64,000 nucleotides of DNA from Eledone cirrhosa (lineage: Eukaryota). Position numbers and translations under genes: made by a program. The notes under the pieces were generated by a model. It was given only the letters and a program-made list of their open reading frames with translations, was not told where the DNA came from and searched no databases. The stretch lies in the NCBI GenBank assembly GCA_964016885.1, contig OZ024742.1:70804001-70868000 (forward strand), read 5' to 3'. Each line of letters opens with the position of its first letter. Position 1 is the first letter of the stretch. Shown piece after piece: positions 27,349 through 40,381 of this stretch.

Positions 27349-27704
27349 TAATACAGAAGACCCGACTTCCCTCGGGTACAAGCCGAAGCTGAAGCATTAT
27401 AGACAGTATGCTCCCACTCCCTCCCACTATAAAGTGGTCGTATAGGTGTCATGACAAAAAAGGATCCAGTCCACACTGTAAAGTGGTCGTGTAGGCGCCA
27501 CAATAAAAAGCACCCAGTCCTCACTGTAAATGAGGTTGGTGTTAGGAAGGGCATCCAGCTGTAAAAACCAAGCCAAAATCAGTTCTGTATGAGCAAGACA
27601 TGATCACCTGACCTGGCATTGCCCACAACAGCACAACTGATCTAACCTATGCTAACGTGGAAGAAAGGACGTAAAACGGTGCTAATAATGATAATGATAA
27701 TGAT
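27349..27704 (+). mobile_element. RTE 3'-end retroposon inserted in the first satellite unit
   Basis: atacagaagacccg...gttggtgttaggaagggcatccagctgta...(gataat)n parallels the RTE 3' UTR at 53553-53935. Confidence 0.75.
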
Positions 27705-30700
27705 GAGTGAGGAATGACTGTATTACTATTGCTGTTGTTTCATGATAGTGTTGAATAGGTGGTCATTGTGTGAGGAATGACTGTATTACTATTGCTGTTG
27801 TTTCATGATAGTGTTGAATAGGTGGTCATTGTGTGAGGAATGACTGTATTACTATTGCTGTTGTTTCCTGTTAGTGTTGAATAGGTGGTCATTGAGTGAG
27901 GAATGACTGTATTACTATTGCTGTTGTTTCATGATAGTGTTGAATAGGTGGTCATTGTGTGAGGATTGACTGTATTACTATTGCTGTTGTTTTAGGATAG
28001 TGTTGAATAGGTGGTCATTGTGTGAGGAATGACTGTATTACTATTGCTGTTGTTTCATGATAGTGTTGAATAGATGGTCATTGTGTGAGGAATGACTGTA
28101 TTACTATTGCTGTTGTTTCATGATAGTGTTGAATAGGTGGTCATTGTGTGAGGAATGACTGTATTACTATTGCTGTTGTTTCATGATAGTGTTGAATAGG
28201 TGGTCATTGTGTGAGGAATGACTGTATTACTATTGCTGTTGTTTCATGATAGTGTTGAATAGATGGTCATTGTGTGAGGAATGACTATTACTATTGCTGT
28301 TGTTTCATGATAGTGTTGAATAGATGGTCATTGTGTGAGGAATGACTGTATTACTATTGCCGTTGTTTTATGATAGTGTTGAATAGGTGGTCATTGTGTG
28401 AGGAATGACTGTATTACTATTGTTGTTGTTTCATGATAGTGTTGAATAGGTGGTGATTGAGTGAGGAATGACTGTATTACTATTGCTGTTGTTTCATGAT
28501 AGTGTTGAATAGATGGTCATTGTGTGAGGAATGACTGTATTACTATTGCTGTTGTTTCATGATAGTGTTGAATAGGTGGTCATTGAGTGAGGAATGACTG
28601 TATTACTATTGCTGTTGTTTCATGATAGTGTTGAATAGGAGGAATGGCTGTATTACTATTGCTATTGTTTTATGATAGTGTTGAATAGGTGGTCATTGTG
28701 TGAGGAATGACTGTATTACTATTGCTGTTGTTTCATGATAGTGTTGAATAGGAGGAATGGCTGTATTACTATTGCTATTGTTTTATGATAGTGTTGAATA
28801 GGTGGTCATTGTGTGAGGAATGACTGTATTACTATTGTTGTTGTTTCATGATAGTGTTGAATAGGTGGTCATTGTGTGAGGAATGACTGTATTACTATTG
28901 CTGTTGTTTCATGATAGTGTTGAATAGATGGTCATTGTGTGAGGAATGACTATTACTATTGTTGTTGTTTTATGATAGTGTTGAATAGATGGTCATTGTG
29001 TGAGGAATGACTGTATTACTATTGTTGTTGTTTTATGATAGTGTTGAATAGATGGTCATTGTGTGAGGAATGACTGTATTACTATTGCTGTTGTTTCATG
29101 ATAGTGTTGAATAGATGGTCATTGTGTGAGGAATGACTATTACTATTGTTGTTGTTTTATGATAGTGTTGAATAGATGGTCATTGTGTGAGGAATGACTG
29201 TATTACTATTGTTGTTGTTTTATGATAGTGTTGAATAGGTGGTCATTGTGTGAGGAATGACTGTATTACTATTGCTGTTGTTTCATGATAGTGTTGAATA
29301 GGAGGAATGGCTGTATTACTATTGCTATTGTTTTATGATAGTGTTGAATAGGTGGTCATTGTGTGAGGAATGACTGTATTACTATTGCTGTTGTTTCATG
29401 ATAGTGTTGAATAGGAGGAATGGCTGTATTACTATTGCTATTGTTTTATGATAGTGTTGAATAGGTGGTCATTGTGTGAGGAATGACTGTATTACTATTG
29501 TTGTTGTTTCATGATAGTGTTGAATAGGTGGTCATTGTGTGAGGAATGACTGTATTACTATTGCTGTTGTTTCATGATAGTGTTGAATAGATGGTCATTG
29601 TGTGAGGAATGACTATTACTATTGTTGTTGTTTTATGATAGTGTTGAATAGATGGTCATTGTGTGAGGAATGACTGTATTACTATTGTTGTTGTTTTATG
29701 ATAGTGTTGAATAGATGGTCATTGTGTGAGGAATGACTGTATTACTATTGCTGTTGTTTCATGATAGTGTTGAATAGATGGTCATTGTGTGAGGAATGAC
29801 TATTACTATTGTTGTTGTTTTATGATAGTGTTGAATAGATGGTCATTGTGTGAGGAATGACTGTATTACTATTGTTGTTGTTTTATGATAGTGTTGAATA
29901 GGTGGTCATTGTGTGAGGAATGACTGTATTACTATTGCTGTTGTTTTATGATAGTGTTGAATAGGTGGTCATTGAGTGAGGAATGACTGTATTACTATTG
30001 CTGTTGTTTCATGATAGTGTTGAATAGATGGTCATTGTGTGAGGAATGACTGTATTACTATTGCTGTTGTTTCATGTTAGTGTTGAATAGATGGTCATTG
30101 AGTGAGGAATGACTGTATTACTATTGCTGTTGTTTCATGTTAGTGTTGAATAGGTGGTCATTGAGTGAGGAATGACTGTATTACTATTGCTGTTGTTTTA
30201 TGATAGTGTTGAATAGGTGGTCATTGTGTGAGGAATGACTGTATTACTATTGCTGTTGTTTCATGATAGTGTTGAATAGGTGGTCATTGTGTGAGGAATG
30301 ACTGTATTACTATTGCTGTTGTTTCATGATAGTGTTGAATAGGTGGTCATTGTGTGAGGAATGACTGTATTACTATTGCTGTTGTTTCATGATAGTGTTG
30401 AATAGATGGTCATTGTGTGAGGAATGACTGTATTACTATTGTTGTTGTTTCATGATAGTGTTGAATAGATGGTCATTGTGTGAGGAATGACTGTATTACT
30501 ATTGTTGTTGTTTTATGATAGTGTTGAATAGATGGTCATTGTGTGAGGAATGACTGTATTACTATTGTTGTTGTTTTATGATAGTGTTGAATAGTTGGTC
30601 ATTGTGTGAGGAATGACTGTATTACTATTGTTGTTGTTTCATGATAGTGTTGAATAGATGGTCATTGTGTGAGAAATGACTGTATTACTATTGTTGTTGT

Positions 30701-33700
30701 TTCATGAAAGTGTTGAATAGATGGTCATTGTGTGAGGAATGACTGTATTACTATTGCTGTTGTTTCATGATAGTGTTGAATAGGTGGTCATTGTGTGAGG
30801 AATGACTGTATTACTATTGTTGTTGTTTCATGATAGTGTTGAATAGGTGGTCATTGTGTGAGGAATGACTGTATTGCTATTGCTGTTGTTTCATGATAGT
30901 GTTGAATAGGTGGTCATTGAGTGAGGAATGACTGTATTACTATTGCTGTTGTTTCATGATAGTGTTGAATAGGTGGTCATTGTGTGAGGAATGACTGTAT
31001 TACTATTGCTGTTGTTTCATGATAGTGTTGAATAGGTGGTCATTGAGTGAGGAATGACTGTATTACTATTGCTGTTGTTTCATGATAGTGTTGAATAGGT
31101 GGTCATTGAGTGAGGAATGACTGTATTACTATTGCTGTTGTTTCATGATAGTGTTGAATAGGTGGTCATTGAGTGAGGAATGACTGTATTACTATTGCTG
31201 TTGTTTCATGATAGTGTTGAATAGGTGGTCATTGAGTGAGGAATGACTGTATTACTATTGCTGTTGTTTCATGATAGTGTTGAATAGGTGGTCATTGTGT
31301 GAGGAATGATTGTATTACTATTGCTGTTGTTTCATGATAGTGTTGAATAGGTGGTCATTGTGAGGAATGACTGTATTACTATTGCTGTTGTTTCATGATA
31401 GTGTTGAATAGGTGGTCATTGTGTGAGGAATGACTGTATTACTATTGCTGTTGTTTTATGATAGTGTTGAATAGGTGGTCATTGTGTGAGGAATGACTGT
31501 ATTACTATTGCTGTTGTTTCATGATAGTGTTGAATAGATGGTCATTGTGTGAGGAATGACTGTATTACTATTGTTGTTGTTTCATGATAGTGTTGAATAG
31601 GTGGTCATTGTGTGAGGAATGACTGTATTACTATTGCTGTTGTTTTATGATAGTGTTGAATAGGTGGTCATTGTGTGAGGAATGACTGTATTACTATTGC
31701 TGTTGTTTCATGATAGTGTTGAATAGGTGGTCATTGTGTGAGGAATGACTGTATTACTATTGCTGTTGTTTCATGATAGTGTTGAATAGGTGGTCATTGA
31801 GTGAGGAATGACTGTATTACTATTGCTGTTGTTTCATGATAGTGTTGAATAGGTGGTCATTGTGTGAGGAATGACTGTATTACTATTGCTTTTGTTTCAT
31901 GATAGTGTTGAATAGGTGGTCATTGTGAGGAATGACTGTATTACTATTGCTGTTGTTTCATGATAGTGTTGAATAGGTGGTCATTGTGTGAGGAATGACT
32001 GTATTACTATTGCTGTTGTTTTATGATAGTGTTGAATATGTGGTCATTGAGTGAGGAATGACTGTATTACTATTGTTGTTGTTTCATGATAGTGTTGAAT
32101 AGGTGGTCATTGAGTGAGGAATGACTGTATTACTATTGCTGTTGTTTCATGATAGTGTTGAATAGGTAGTCATTGAGTGAGGAATGACTGTATTACTATT
32201 GCTGTTGTTTCATGATAGTGTTGAATAGAGGGTCATTGAGTGAGGAATGACTGTATTACTATTGTTGTTGTTTCATGATAGTGTTGAATAGGTGGTCATT
32301 GTGTGAGGAATGACTGTATTACTATTGCTGTTGTTTCATGATAGTGTTGAATAGAGGGTCATTGAGTGAGGAATGACTGTATTACTATTGTTGTTGTTTC
32401 ATGATAGTGTTGAATAGGTGGTCATTGAGTGAGGAATGACTGTATTACTATTGCTGTTGTTTCATGTTAGTGTTGAATAGGTGGTCATTGTGTGAGGAAT
32501 GACTGTATTACTATTGCTGTTGTTTCATGATAGTGTTGAATAGAGGGTCATTGAGTGAGGAATGACTGTATTACTATTGCTGTTGTTTCATGTTAGTGTT
32601 GAATAGGTGGTCATTGTGTGAGGAATGACTGTATTACTATTGCTGTTGTTTCATGATAGTGTTGAATAGGTGGTCATTGTGTGAGGAATGACTGTATTAC
32701 TATTGCTGTTGTTTCATGATAGTGTTGAATAGGTGGTCATTGAGTGAGGAATGACTGTACTACTATTGCTGTTGTTTCATGATAGTGTTGAATAGGTGGT
32801 CATTGAGTGAGGAATGACTGTATTACTATTGCTGTTGTTTCATGATAGTGTTGAATAGGAGGAATGACTGTATTACTATTGCTGTTGTTTCATGATAGTG
32901 TTGAATAGGTGGTCATTGAGTGAGGAATGACTGTATTACTATTGCTGTTGTTTCATGATAGTGTTGAATAGAGGGTCATTGTGTGAGGAATGACTGTATT
33001 ACTATTGTTGTTGTTTCATGATAGTGTTGAATAGGTGGTCATTGAGTGAGGAATGACTGTACTACTATTGCTGTTGTTTCATGATAGTGTTGAATAGGTG
33101 GTCATTGAGTGAGGAATGACTGTATTACTATTGCTGTTGTTTCATGATAGTGTTGAATAGATGGTCATTGTCTGAGGAATGACTGTATTACTATTGTTGT
33201 TGTTTCATGATAGTGTTGAATAGATGGTCATTGTGTGAGGAATGACTGTATTACTATTGCTGTTGTTTCATGATAGTGTTGAATAGGTGGTCATTGTGTG
33301 AGGAATGACTGTATTACTATTGTTGTTGTTTCATGATAGTGTTGAATAGGTGGTCATTGTGTGAGGAATGACTATTAATATTGCTGTTGTTTCATGATAG
33401 TGTTGAATAGATGGTCATTGTGTGAGGAATGACTGTATTACTATTGTTGTTGTTTCATGATAGTGTTGAATAGGTGGTCATTGTGTGAGGAATGACTGTA
33501 TTACTATTGCTGTTGTTTCATGATAGTGTTGAATAGGTGGTCATTGAGTGAGGAATGACTGTACTACTATTGCTGTTGTTTCATGATAGTGTTGAATAGG
33601 TGGTCATTGAGTGAGGAATGACTGTATTACTATTGCTGTTGTTTCATGATAGTGTTGAATAGGTGGTCATTGAGTGTGGAATGACTGTATTACTATTGCT

Positions 33701-33915
33701 GTTGTTTCATGATAGTGTTGAATAGGTGGTCATTGTGTGAGGAATGACTGTATTACTATTGCTGTTGTTTCATGATAGTGTTGAATAGGTGGTCATTGAG
33801 TGAGGAATGACTGTATTACTATTGCTGTTGTTTCATGTTAGTGTTGAATAGGTGGTCATTGTGTGAGGAATGACTGTATTACTATTGCTGTTGTTTCATG
33901 ATAGTGTTGAATAGT
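27705..33915. repeat. Intronic satellite, 63-bp unit, about 98 copies
   Basis: Unit gtgaggaatgactgtattactattgctgttgtttcatgatagtgttgaataggtggtcattgt; period measured from 27711 to 27774. Confidence 0.98.
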
Positions 33916-33934
33916 TAGCAAATCATCAGAAGTG

Positions 33935-35490
33935 TTTAAGTTTTGCACAAAATGCCTTGTGCTGTTTAATCCAGCTCCTAGTATTTAGAATGAAATGGAA
34001 AAAGTTCAGAGAGTTACAACCTCTGTTGATTACAAAGGGTTTCGCTCTATGGATGAAAAACCAGCTGTATAATAGTTGCATGTAAATTGCAATATTGCAT
34101 GGTAGTAAAACATGGGCAGTGGATGCAGATGACATATGAAGAATGAAGAGAACTGAAGTGAGCATGTTCTGATGGATGTATAATGTTAGTATGGCAAAAC
34201 TCTCTGCAATGGGTGTGAAGGATGATCTCTTTAACTGGTTGAAGTCCTTCATTCTCAGTCGAAGAGAGGTAGTCACGGTTCTGGGACAGCATTCCTCACC
34301 ATATGAGATGTCATCTGGTGTACCACAGGGATCTGTTCTTGGCCCCCTTTTGTTTGTGGCATATATTAATGACATAGATGCCAACTTACAGAATGCCACA
34401 GTACTAAAGTACGCAGACGACATCAAGCTGTATCTTGAGATAAAAAGGACAAATCCTGAACACTATAGACCTTGCTTGCAGTCCGACCTGGACACAATGC
34501 AACAATGGATCTCAGACTGGCAACTCAAGCTAGCTGTGGACAAGTGCACCACCATGCATTTTGGGAGTAAAAACCCAGCGTCCACATACTCCCTCCACGG
34601 CACTAATATCAAGAAGTCTTCTTGTGAACGTGACCTGGGCATTACAGTCAGCAGCGATTTGCGTTGGACGAAGCATATCTCTAAAATTGTCAAGAGGGCC
34701 GAGGGTGTCTTAGCATCACTCAGCAAGACCTTTGTCAGCTGCTCTCCAGATATCTATTTAAGGCTGTACATGGCTATGGTGCGACCACACTTAGAATTTG
34801 CATCACCAGTCTGGAACCCCTATCTTGCTCAGAACATTGACCGCCTGGAAACTGTTCAGAGACATGCAACCAAGCGAATACCCTCCATCAGGTATCTACC
34901 ATACTCTGAGCGCCTTGCTTCCCTGGGCATGGATACATTGAAGCTCCGACGCCTGGCAACTGACTTGGTAAACACCCACAAAATTGTTAACCATGTTGCC
35001 AACAACAACCCTAAGTACCTTTTTGATTTCCATGTGTCTAACACACGTGGACATGCCCACAAAGTAAGAAAACAGCACAGTTCCCATGACTTTCGGAAAC
35101 ATTTTTTCACGCTCAGAGTTGCTGAAACATGGAACAAACTACCTGCATCAGTTGTTAGCTGTCGAGACACTGCATCCTTTAAGGCCTCCATGCTTCCCGA
35201 GATCCGCCAACACTACAGCTAATGTTCCCCCTCCATACACATACACACATGTATACCATGACTCATACACTATTCACTTCCCTGACATTTGTGTATTATT
35301 CTATGTACTATACATACACCTTTGACGAGTTGTAGTGCACCTGAGCACTTTACACAATAATTTCATTATTATTATTATTATTAGTATGTTAGTGAAAGCA
35401 TGGATGAGCTTAGAGAAAAGCTGGATATAATAAGAATCAGATACAGAGTACACGAGCGAAAATTATGCAGGCATGGACATGAATGTGTAT
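33935..35490 (+). pseudogene. Degenerate RTE 3' remnant interrupted by the CR1 insertion
   Basis: WKKFRELQPLLITKGF...LHGSKTWA...MFxWMYNVS before 34193; ELREKLDIIRIR after 35389. Confidence 0.7.
34194..35380 (+). mobile_element. 5'-truncated CR1-clade LINE with uninterrupted RT C-terminal ORF (to 35222)
   Basis: SGVPQGSVLGPLLF...YADDIKLY, RPHLEFASPVWNP, LETVQRHATK, TRGH...FFTLRVAETWNKLP; (ATT)n tail; TSD ttagtatg at 34186 and 35381. Confidence 0.92.
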
Positions 35491-35714
35491 AGGTGAAGTG
35501 TACTCGTGGAGTAAACAGTTGGTAACACATATCAAAACACAAAAGTAAAGCATTAATTACTAAATTATAAAGGTAAATGCTAATATAAATATAATGATTG
35601 TGGGGTTAAGAAGTTCAATTTACACCCCAGTGACTCCAGAACCTTCTTTAACTATAGCCTCAAGCTAACCATTTTCATCTAACTATGGCTTCAGTCTAAT
35701 TAGTGTCATCTAAC

Positions 35715-36030
35715 AGTCATGCACACAATGGTGCCAGCAGCTGTTATGATTCTGGGAGTCGTGAGCAATGAGGGAGATGTCATACTTCCTCACTTCTTTT
35801 CTTAGGGCTTAAGGGTCAATGCTGCTGACTATAAGAAGGTTCTTGGAGAGGGTTGTAAGGCCTTGGATAGAGAGCATGAACAAAGGACGACTGTACACCT
35901 ACCAACAAAACTCTGTGCCAACTCATAAGGCCAAGACGAGCTAAGAATACATGAGTTGCAATTTCCACAATCATGTCATCCCAAATATATGGCCTTCTCG
36001 CTCACCAGACCTGAACTCATTGGACTACCA
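35715..36030 (+). pseudogene. Tc1/mariner-superfamily transposase remnant (maT/DD37D-like)
   Basis: GVVSNEGDVILPHFF..GLRVNAADY...QQNSVPTHKA...WPSRSPDLNSLDY across frameshifts. Confidence 0.7.
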
Positions 36031-36273
36031 TACAGCATCGCTCTTCTCACACAGGCATCATACAGTCATCCTTTTGTACACAAGGAGAAACCCCAATATC
36101 GTTATATATATATTAGTCTTTACCCTTATAATTTAGTAATTAATGATTTACCTGTATATTTTGATATGTGTTACCTACTGTTTATTCCATGAGTACACCT
36201 TCCCTTGTTGTTCTTTCTTTAATATATTTATGGATGTAATTGAATTCCTTGTAAATTAATTGGTCTATTACAG

Positions 36274-36355
36274 AATCAGCATCAATCTATGGAATCTCTG
36301 AGTGGAGAACCAGATACAACTCAAGAGGACAGTCAAGATTTTAGTTCTGCCCAAG
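36274..36355 (+). CDS. PRDM10: PRDM10 coding exon 3
   Basis: ttacag acceptor; NQHQSMESLSGEPDTTQEDSQDFSSAQ; aag|gtaaac donor; 82 nt supplies the required phase 0 to 1 change. Confidence 0.7.
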
Positions 36356-36747
36356 GTAAACTATCTTTTCAAAAATATACATCATACATCTAGATGGCAA
36401 TATTAATTACTCTATTTTTAACACATTATGTTGGTAAATGGTAATATATGGAACTTAGAGAATAAGTGTAAAGCTGAAAAATTATAGAACAGAAACGGAA
36501 GCACTATTTAATTTTATAAGAGAAATTGTACTTTATTTCATGAACCTTTTTAGTTGTTTTATATATATTACCCACTCTACTACCCCAAGTATTGAGTACT
36601 CTGGTGCGTTATGGTTCACCAGGTGTCTTGCCACACCCTCTTTGTTATATATATATGTATGTAAAAGGTAAACAGAAATAACAACACAATCGGTACAGTA
36701 TATGGAAGGGATATATTAGGTTAACGCGTGATATAGCAGGAAGAGGG

Positions 36748-36783
36748 TCTTAACGTTTCGGACGCTAGTCCTTCATCAGAAGA
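36748..36783 (-). ncRNA. Minimal type I hammerhead ribozyme motif, Penelope-associated type
   Basis: Minus strand: UCUU-CUGAUGA-a-GGAC-uagc-GUCC-GAAAC-GUU-AAGA. Intact core, 4-bp stems I and II, palindromic loopless stem III (ACGU). Confidence 0.65.
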
Positions 36784-37105
36784 AAGAATGAGAAATAAGA
36801 CAGATTGAGGGGATGGAATTGGAAAAAATGTCTTTAGATAAAAATAACTGGTCCATTCATGTTGACATACATACAGTTTTGGTTCATCGATAAAAGGCAC
36901 CCAAAGTGATAGTGTTGGTGCCATGAAAAATATACTCATTACACTTTGTAAGGTGGTTGGTATTAGGAAGAGTATCCAGCCATAGAAACTATATCAAATA
37001 TGGAACGCATGAGTAAGATGAGGTTACTCTGACATGTCTGGTTTCAAACTGTGAAAATCTGTCTAGCCCATGCCAGCATGAAAAGTGGATATAAAACAAT
37101 GATTA

Positions 37106-37139
<34 letters not shown>

Positions 37140-37307
37140 GGCTTCTACAGGACTAGAACTATCTCATTCAGGAGAAACCATCTCCCGAATGAAATAGGTC
37201 TAGTCCTGTAGAAGCCATTTCTATATTAAATATTTATACTCTATGTATTGAGTACCTTACTTACTGTGGTTACCCCCGATTGAACCTGGGATAAATTTAT
37301 ATATATA

Positions 37308-38325
37308 TCATCATCATCATCATCGTTTAACGACTATCTTCCACCCTAGCATGGGTTAGGCAGGAGTTGTCCCACTTGAAGCAAGATTGGTCGGGTGACC
37401 GTGTCTCGCTTGTATAGGACTGTCTGGCAGGTTTTCTACGGCTGGATGCCCTTCTTAACACCAACCACATTTACAGTGTGGACTGGGAACTTTTTACTGT
37501 GTTACCTACATGGCCACATTACAGCGTGGACTGTGTTTTTTTGTCGTGACACCTACACAATCTCATTAGTTTGGACTGGATGTTGTGGTACCAACATAAC
37601 TTTACAGAGAAAGGGTGGTGTTGGTGGGATTGGGAGGATGGTGTAGGGGTAGTGGGTTGGGGTGTATATTTGGTTAAGAGGTGCCTACTGACTGTAGGTT
37701 TTGCTTTGTATATAGGCAAGGCGGGTCTTCTGTATTACTGCGGGGCACCAAGATCTCGGTCCAGTGACATTGTCTTAGAGAGGTGCAAGTGAGTAAGGTC
37801 GGAATTTATCAGATCGTCCCAGGTTTTTCTGGGTCTACCTGCTCCGTAACTTCCATCAATTTTGATCACCCTGCACTTTTTTATACAGCTGTCGTCTTTC
37901 ATGCGTTTCACGTGACCATACCAACGTAATCTTCTCTTAAGTAAACAGCATCTGATCCCTCTTATTCCTAATTTCTCACTTAATTCATTTATGTTTTGCC
38001 GTTTGCATATATTACTATTACACATCCAACGGAGCATGCATGCTTCGTTCCTTTCCAGTCTGCGCAGGTCTTCTGCACACAATGCCCATGTCTCACTGCC
38101 ATGTAACATTGCTGTTCATATACAGGCATCATACAATCTGCCTTTCATTTTTAGAAAGAAACCTTTTGTGGCCAACAGCGGTATAAGCTCTCTGAACTTT
38201 TCCCATCCCGTTCTGACTCTGGCTACTGTACTTTCAGAGCACCCTCCACTACTGCTGATTCTGTCACCCAGGTAACAGAAAGTGTCCACTATTTCTATAG
38301 AACCATCTGGGCAATAGAAAGAATG
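37308..38325 (-). mobile_element. 5'-truncated RTE LINE, same family as 49.6-53.9 kb
   Basis: DGSIEIVDTFCYLGD...LHGSETWAL...RRLRWYGHV...GRPRKTW; shared 3' UTR and (CAT)n tail. Confidence 0.92.
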
Positions 38326-38426
38326 GATGTATGACAAATGTGGTGGGGTGATGGGATTTGACAGTGTCGTGGTGATGGGTGACCTCCAGTTGGGTGGGAG
38401 CTGCTGAATGTATAAGAGGCATTGTG

Positions 38427-38515
<89 letters not shown>

Positions 38516-38869
38516 TAGATATCTCTTAAAACTAAAAAAATCTTGTACCACTTAAAATGATCTTAAAGGAAGCTACTTCTATGCCACAGCTCAGCAGTCT
38601 GGCAGAACATTTCCAAAACATTTGAGGGCAAGGCTTGATGGTCTCACACTCACATTTTACAGGTCTTTCTGAATATCTCTTGAACCAAACAAAGACTGCA
38701 CAGCAATCTTTCTGCAATCTCTGATGTCATTAGAAAGAGACACATATTTTGCAGGATATTGCTAGAGAGCTCAGTATGAACACCATGACATGGATATGGG
38801 TCAGCTGTCTAGCAAAAACTTTCATTGACAAACTCTGTCTAAACACAAGATGTTGCTAAGCATCTTCTT

Positions 38870-39230
38870 CTTTGCCTACTTATTCCTGAGAGTCCTGTCA
38901 AAAGCAACAATCTCCAATTGATCTGGCTGGATTCTCAAGCAAGACAAGCCGTGCTCATAGATGTCATCCAGCCATTTTGCTTGGGGTCTACTCCTGTGCC
39001 TCCTACCTGTTGGTTTAATCCATACAATCTGTCCATTAATTCTTTCCTGAGACATTCTAATCACATGCCCGTAATATCGGAGCTGTGATCTCTCAGTTTG
39101 GAGAAGTAACGGCTCTACCTGGAGTGACTCTCTGATCTCCAGGCTACACATTCTATTGAGTAACATAAAGACCCTTCGGAGGAACCCTATTTCAGCCATT
39201 TGTATTCGTGATAATATTCTTTCAGTCATT
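38870..39230 (-). pseudogene. Older RTE-like fragment, different family
   Basis: RIQMAEIGFLRRV...EIRESLQVEPLLLQTERSQLRYYGHVIRM...RPQAKW. Confidence 0.75.
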
Positions 39231-39396
39231 ATGTTGTGAAGCTCACCTACTAAATTCTTTGCTCAAGATGGCATGAATTGAGTCAGGCCAATCCAACAAA
39301 GCTCAACCAAATTCTTCTTAATTCCTATATTTTTACTTTCCTTTTCATTTTATTTCAACTATTTCGGTTTTATTCTGTTTTTGTTGTTTGTTTCAG

Positions 39397-39744
39397 TTGG
39401 TTCTGGTGTAACATTTAGCATTGATGGTGGCATTGGAGAGACAACAGATGCTAATGGTCTTCATTCTACTATTTCTAGTAGCAATGCTATCAGCACTACA
39501 ACACAGGAGGCATTGGGTGTAACAGTATCTGTAGTTAGTAATGGACAGTTATCATCAACAATGGACAGTATCAACTCAGTATCTCCTGGTGTTGTCATGG
39601 ACAGGGGGGATATTGGGGTTTTTCAAAGAGTTGATGCTGCCCAATCATGCATAATTGATAATTTCAGAAGGCAACATCATCTTAACTCAATAACTACTGA
39701 TACTGTTGCTGACAGTTCTGCTGAAATTAATGCAGGTTTATCAA
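39397..39744 (+). CDS. PRDM10: PRDM10 coding exon 4
   Basis: tttgtttcag acceptor; VGSGVTFSIDGG...EINAGLS; gtaagt donor at 39745; phase 1/1. Confidence 0.75.
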
Positions 39745-40381
39745 GTAAGTTGTTTCTTTATCATTGATTTGTTTCTCTGTAGTCTTTTTTGTGGGGAGAG
39801 AACTCTTTAGTCTTGCAGGGAAAAGACAACCTCTCTAGTGTTGGTGTCATGTTAAAATGCATCCAGTACAAGTGGTTGTCATTAGGAAGGGTATCTAACT
39901 GTAGAAACCATATCAAAAATGGATCATATGAGCAAGATGTGGTCCTCTGACCTGTCTAGGAGGATAAAAACTCTGAATAAGAACTAACCTTGTCTGTGAT
40001 TACCCATCCAACCCATGCTAGTATTGAACACACATATTAAACGAGGATGATAATTTTTACATCTGCCTTTCCTTGCTAGCATGGGTTCAATGTGACTTTT
40101 TGAGGCAGTTTTTCTTTGGTTGGATGCTGTTCCTGATGCCAACCCATAAATTTTATACTGATCTTCATTAAACCAGTTAGCATTAACACTGTTTAGACAG
40201 CTGCTGATGTTTGTTTAGGTGGTGGCAGCGGAAGCTGTGGGGGTTAAGCTAAAATCTTCAGTTGAAAAAAAAAAAGTTCAAGTTTGAACAAATTTAGAGG
40301 ATTTTTCTCTTCTGAATTTAGTGAAATATTTAATAGTTTATAAATTCATATTATCTGTCAGTTTTATATTTTGTTTTCTAG

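Noticed and set aside
27705-33915. CRISPR array or coding repeat (63 bp = 21 codons)
   Set aside because: Units abut with no unique spacers, there are no cas genes, the context is a eukaryotic intron and the ORF track shows no open frame.
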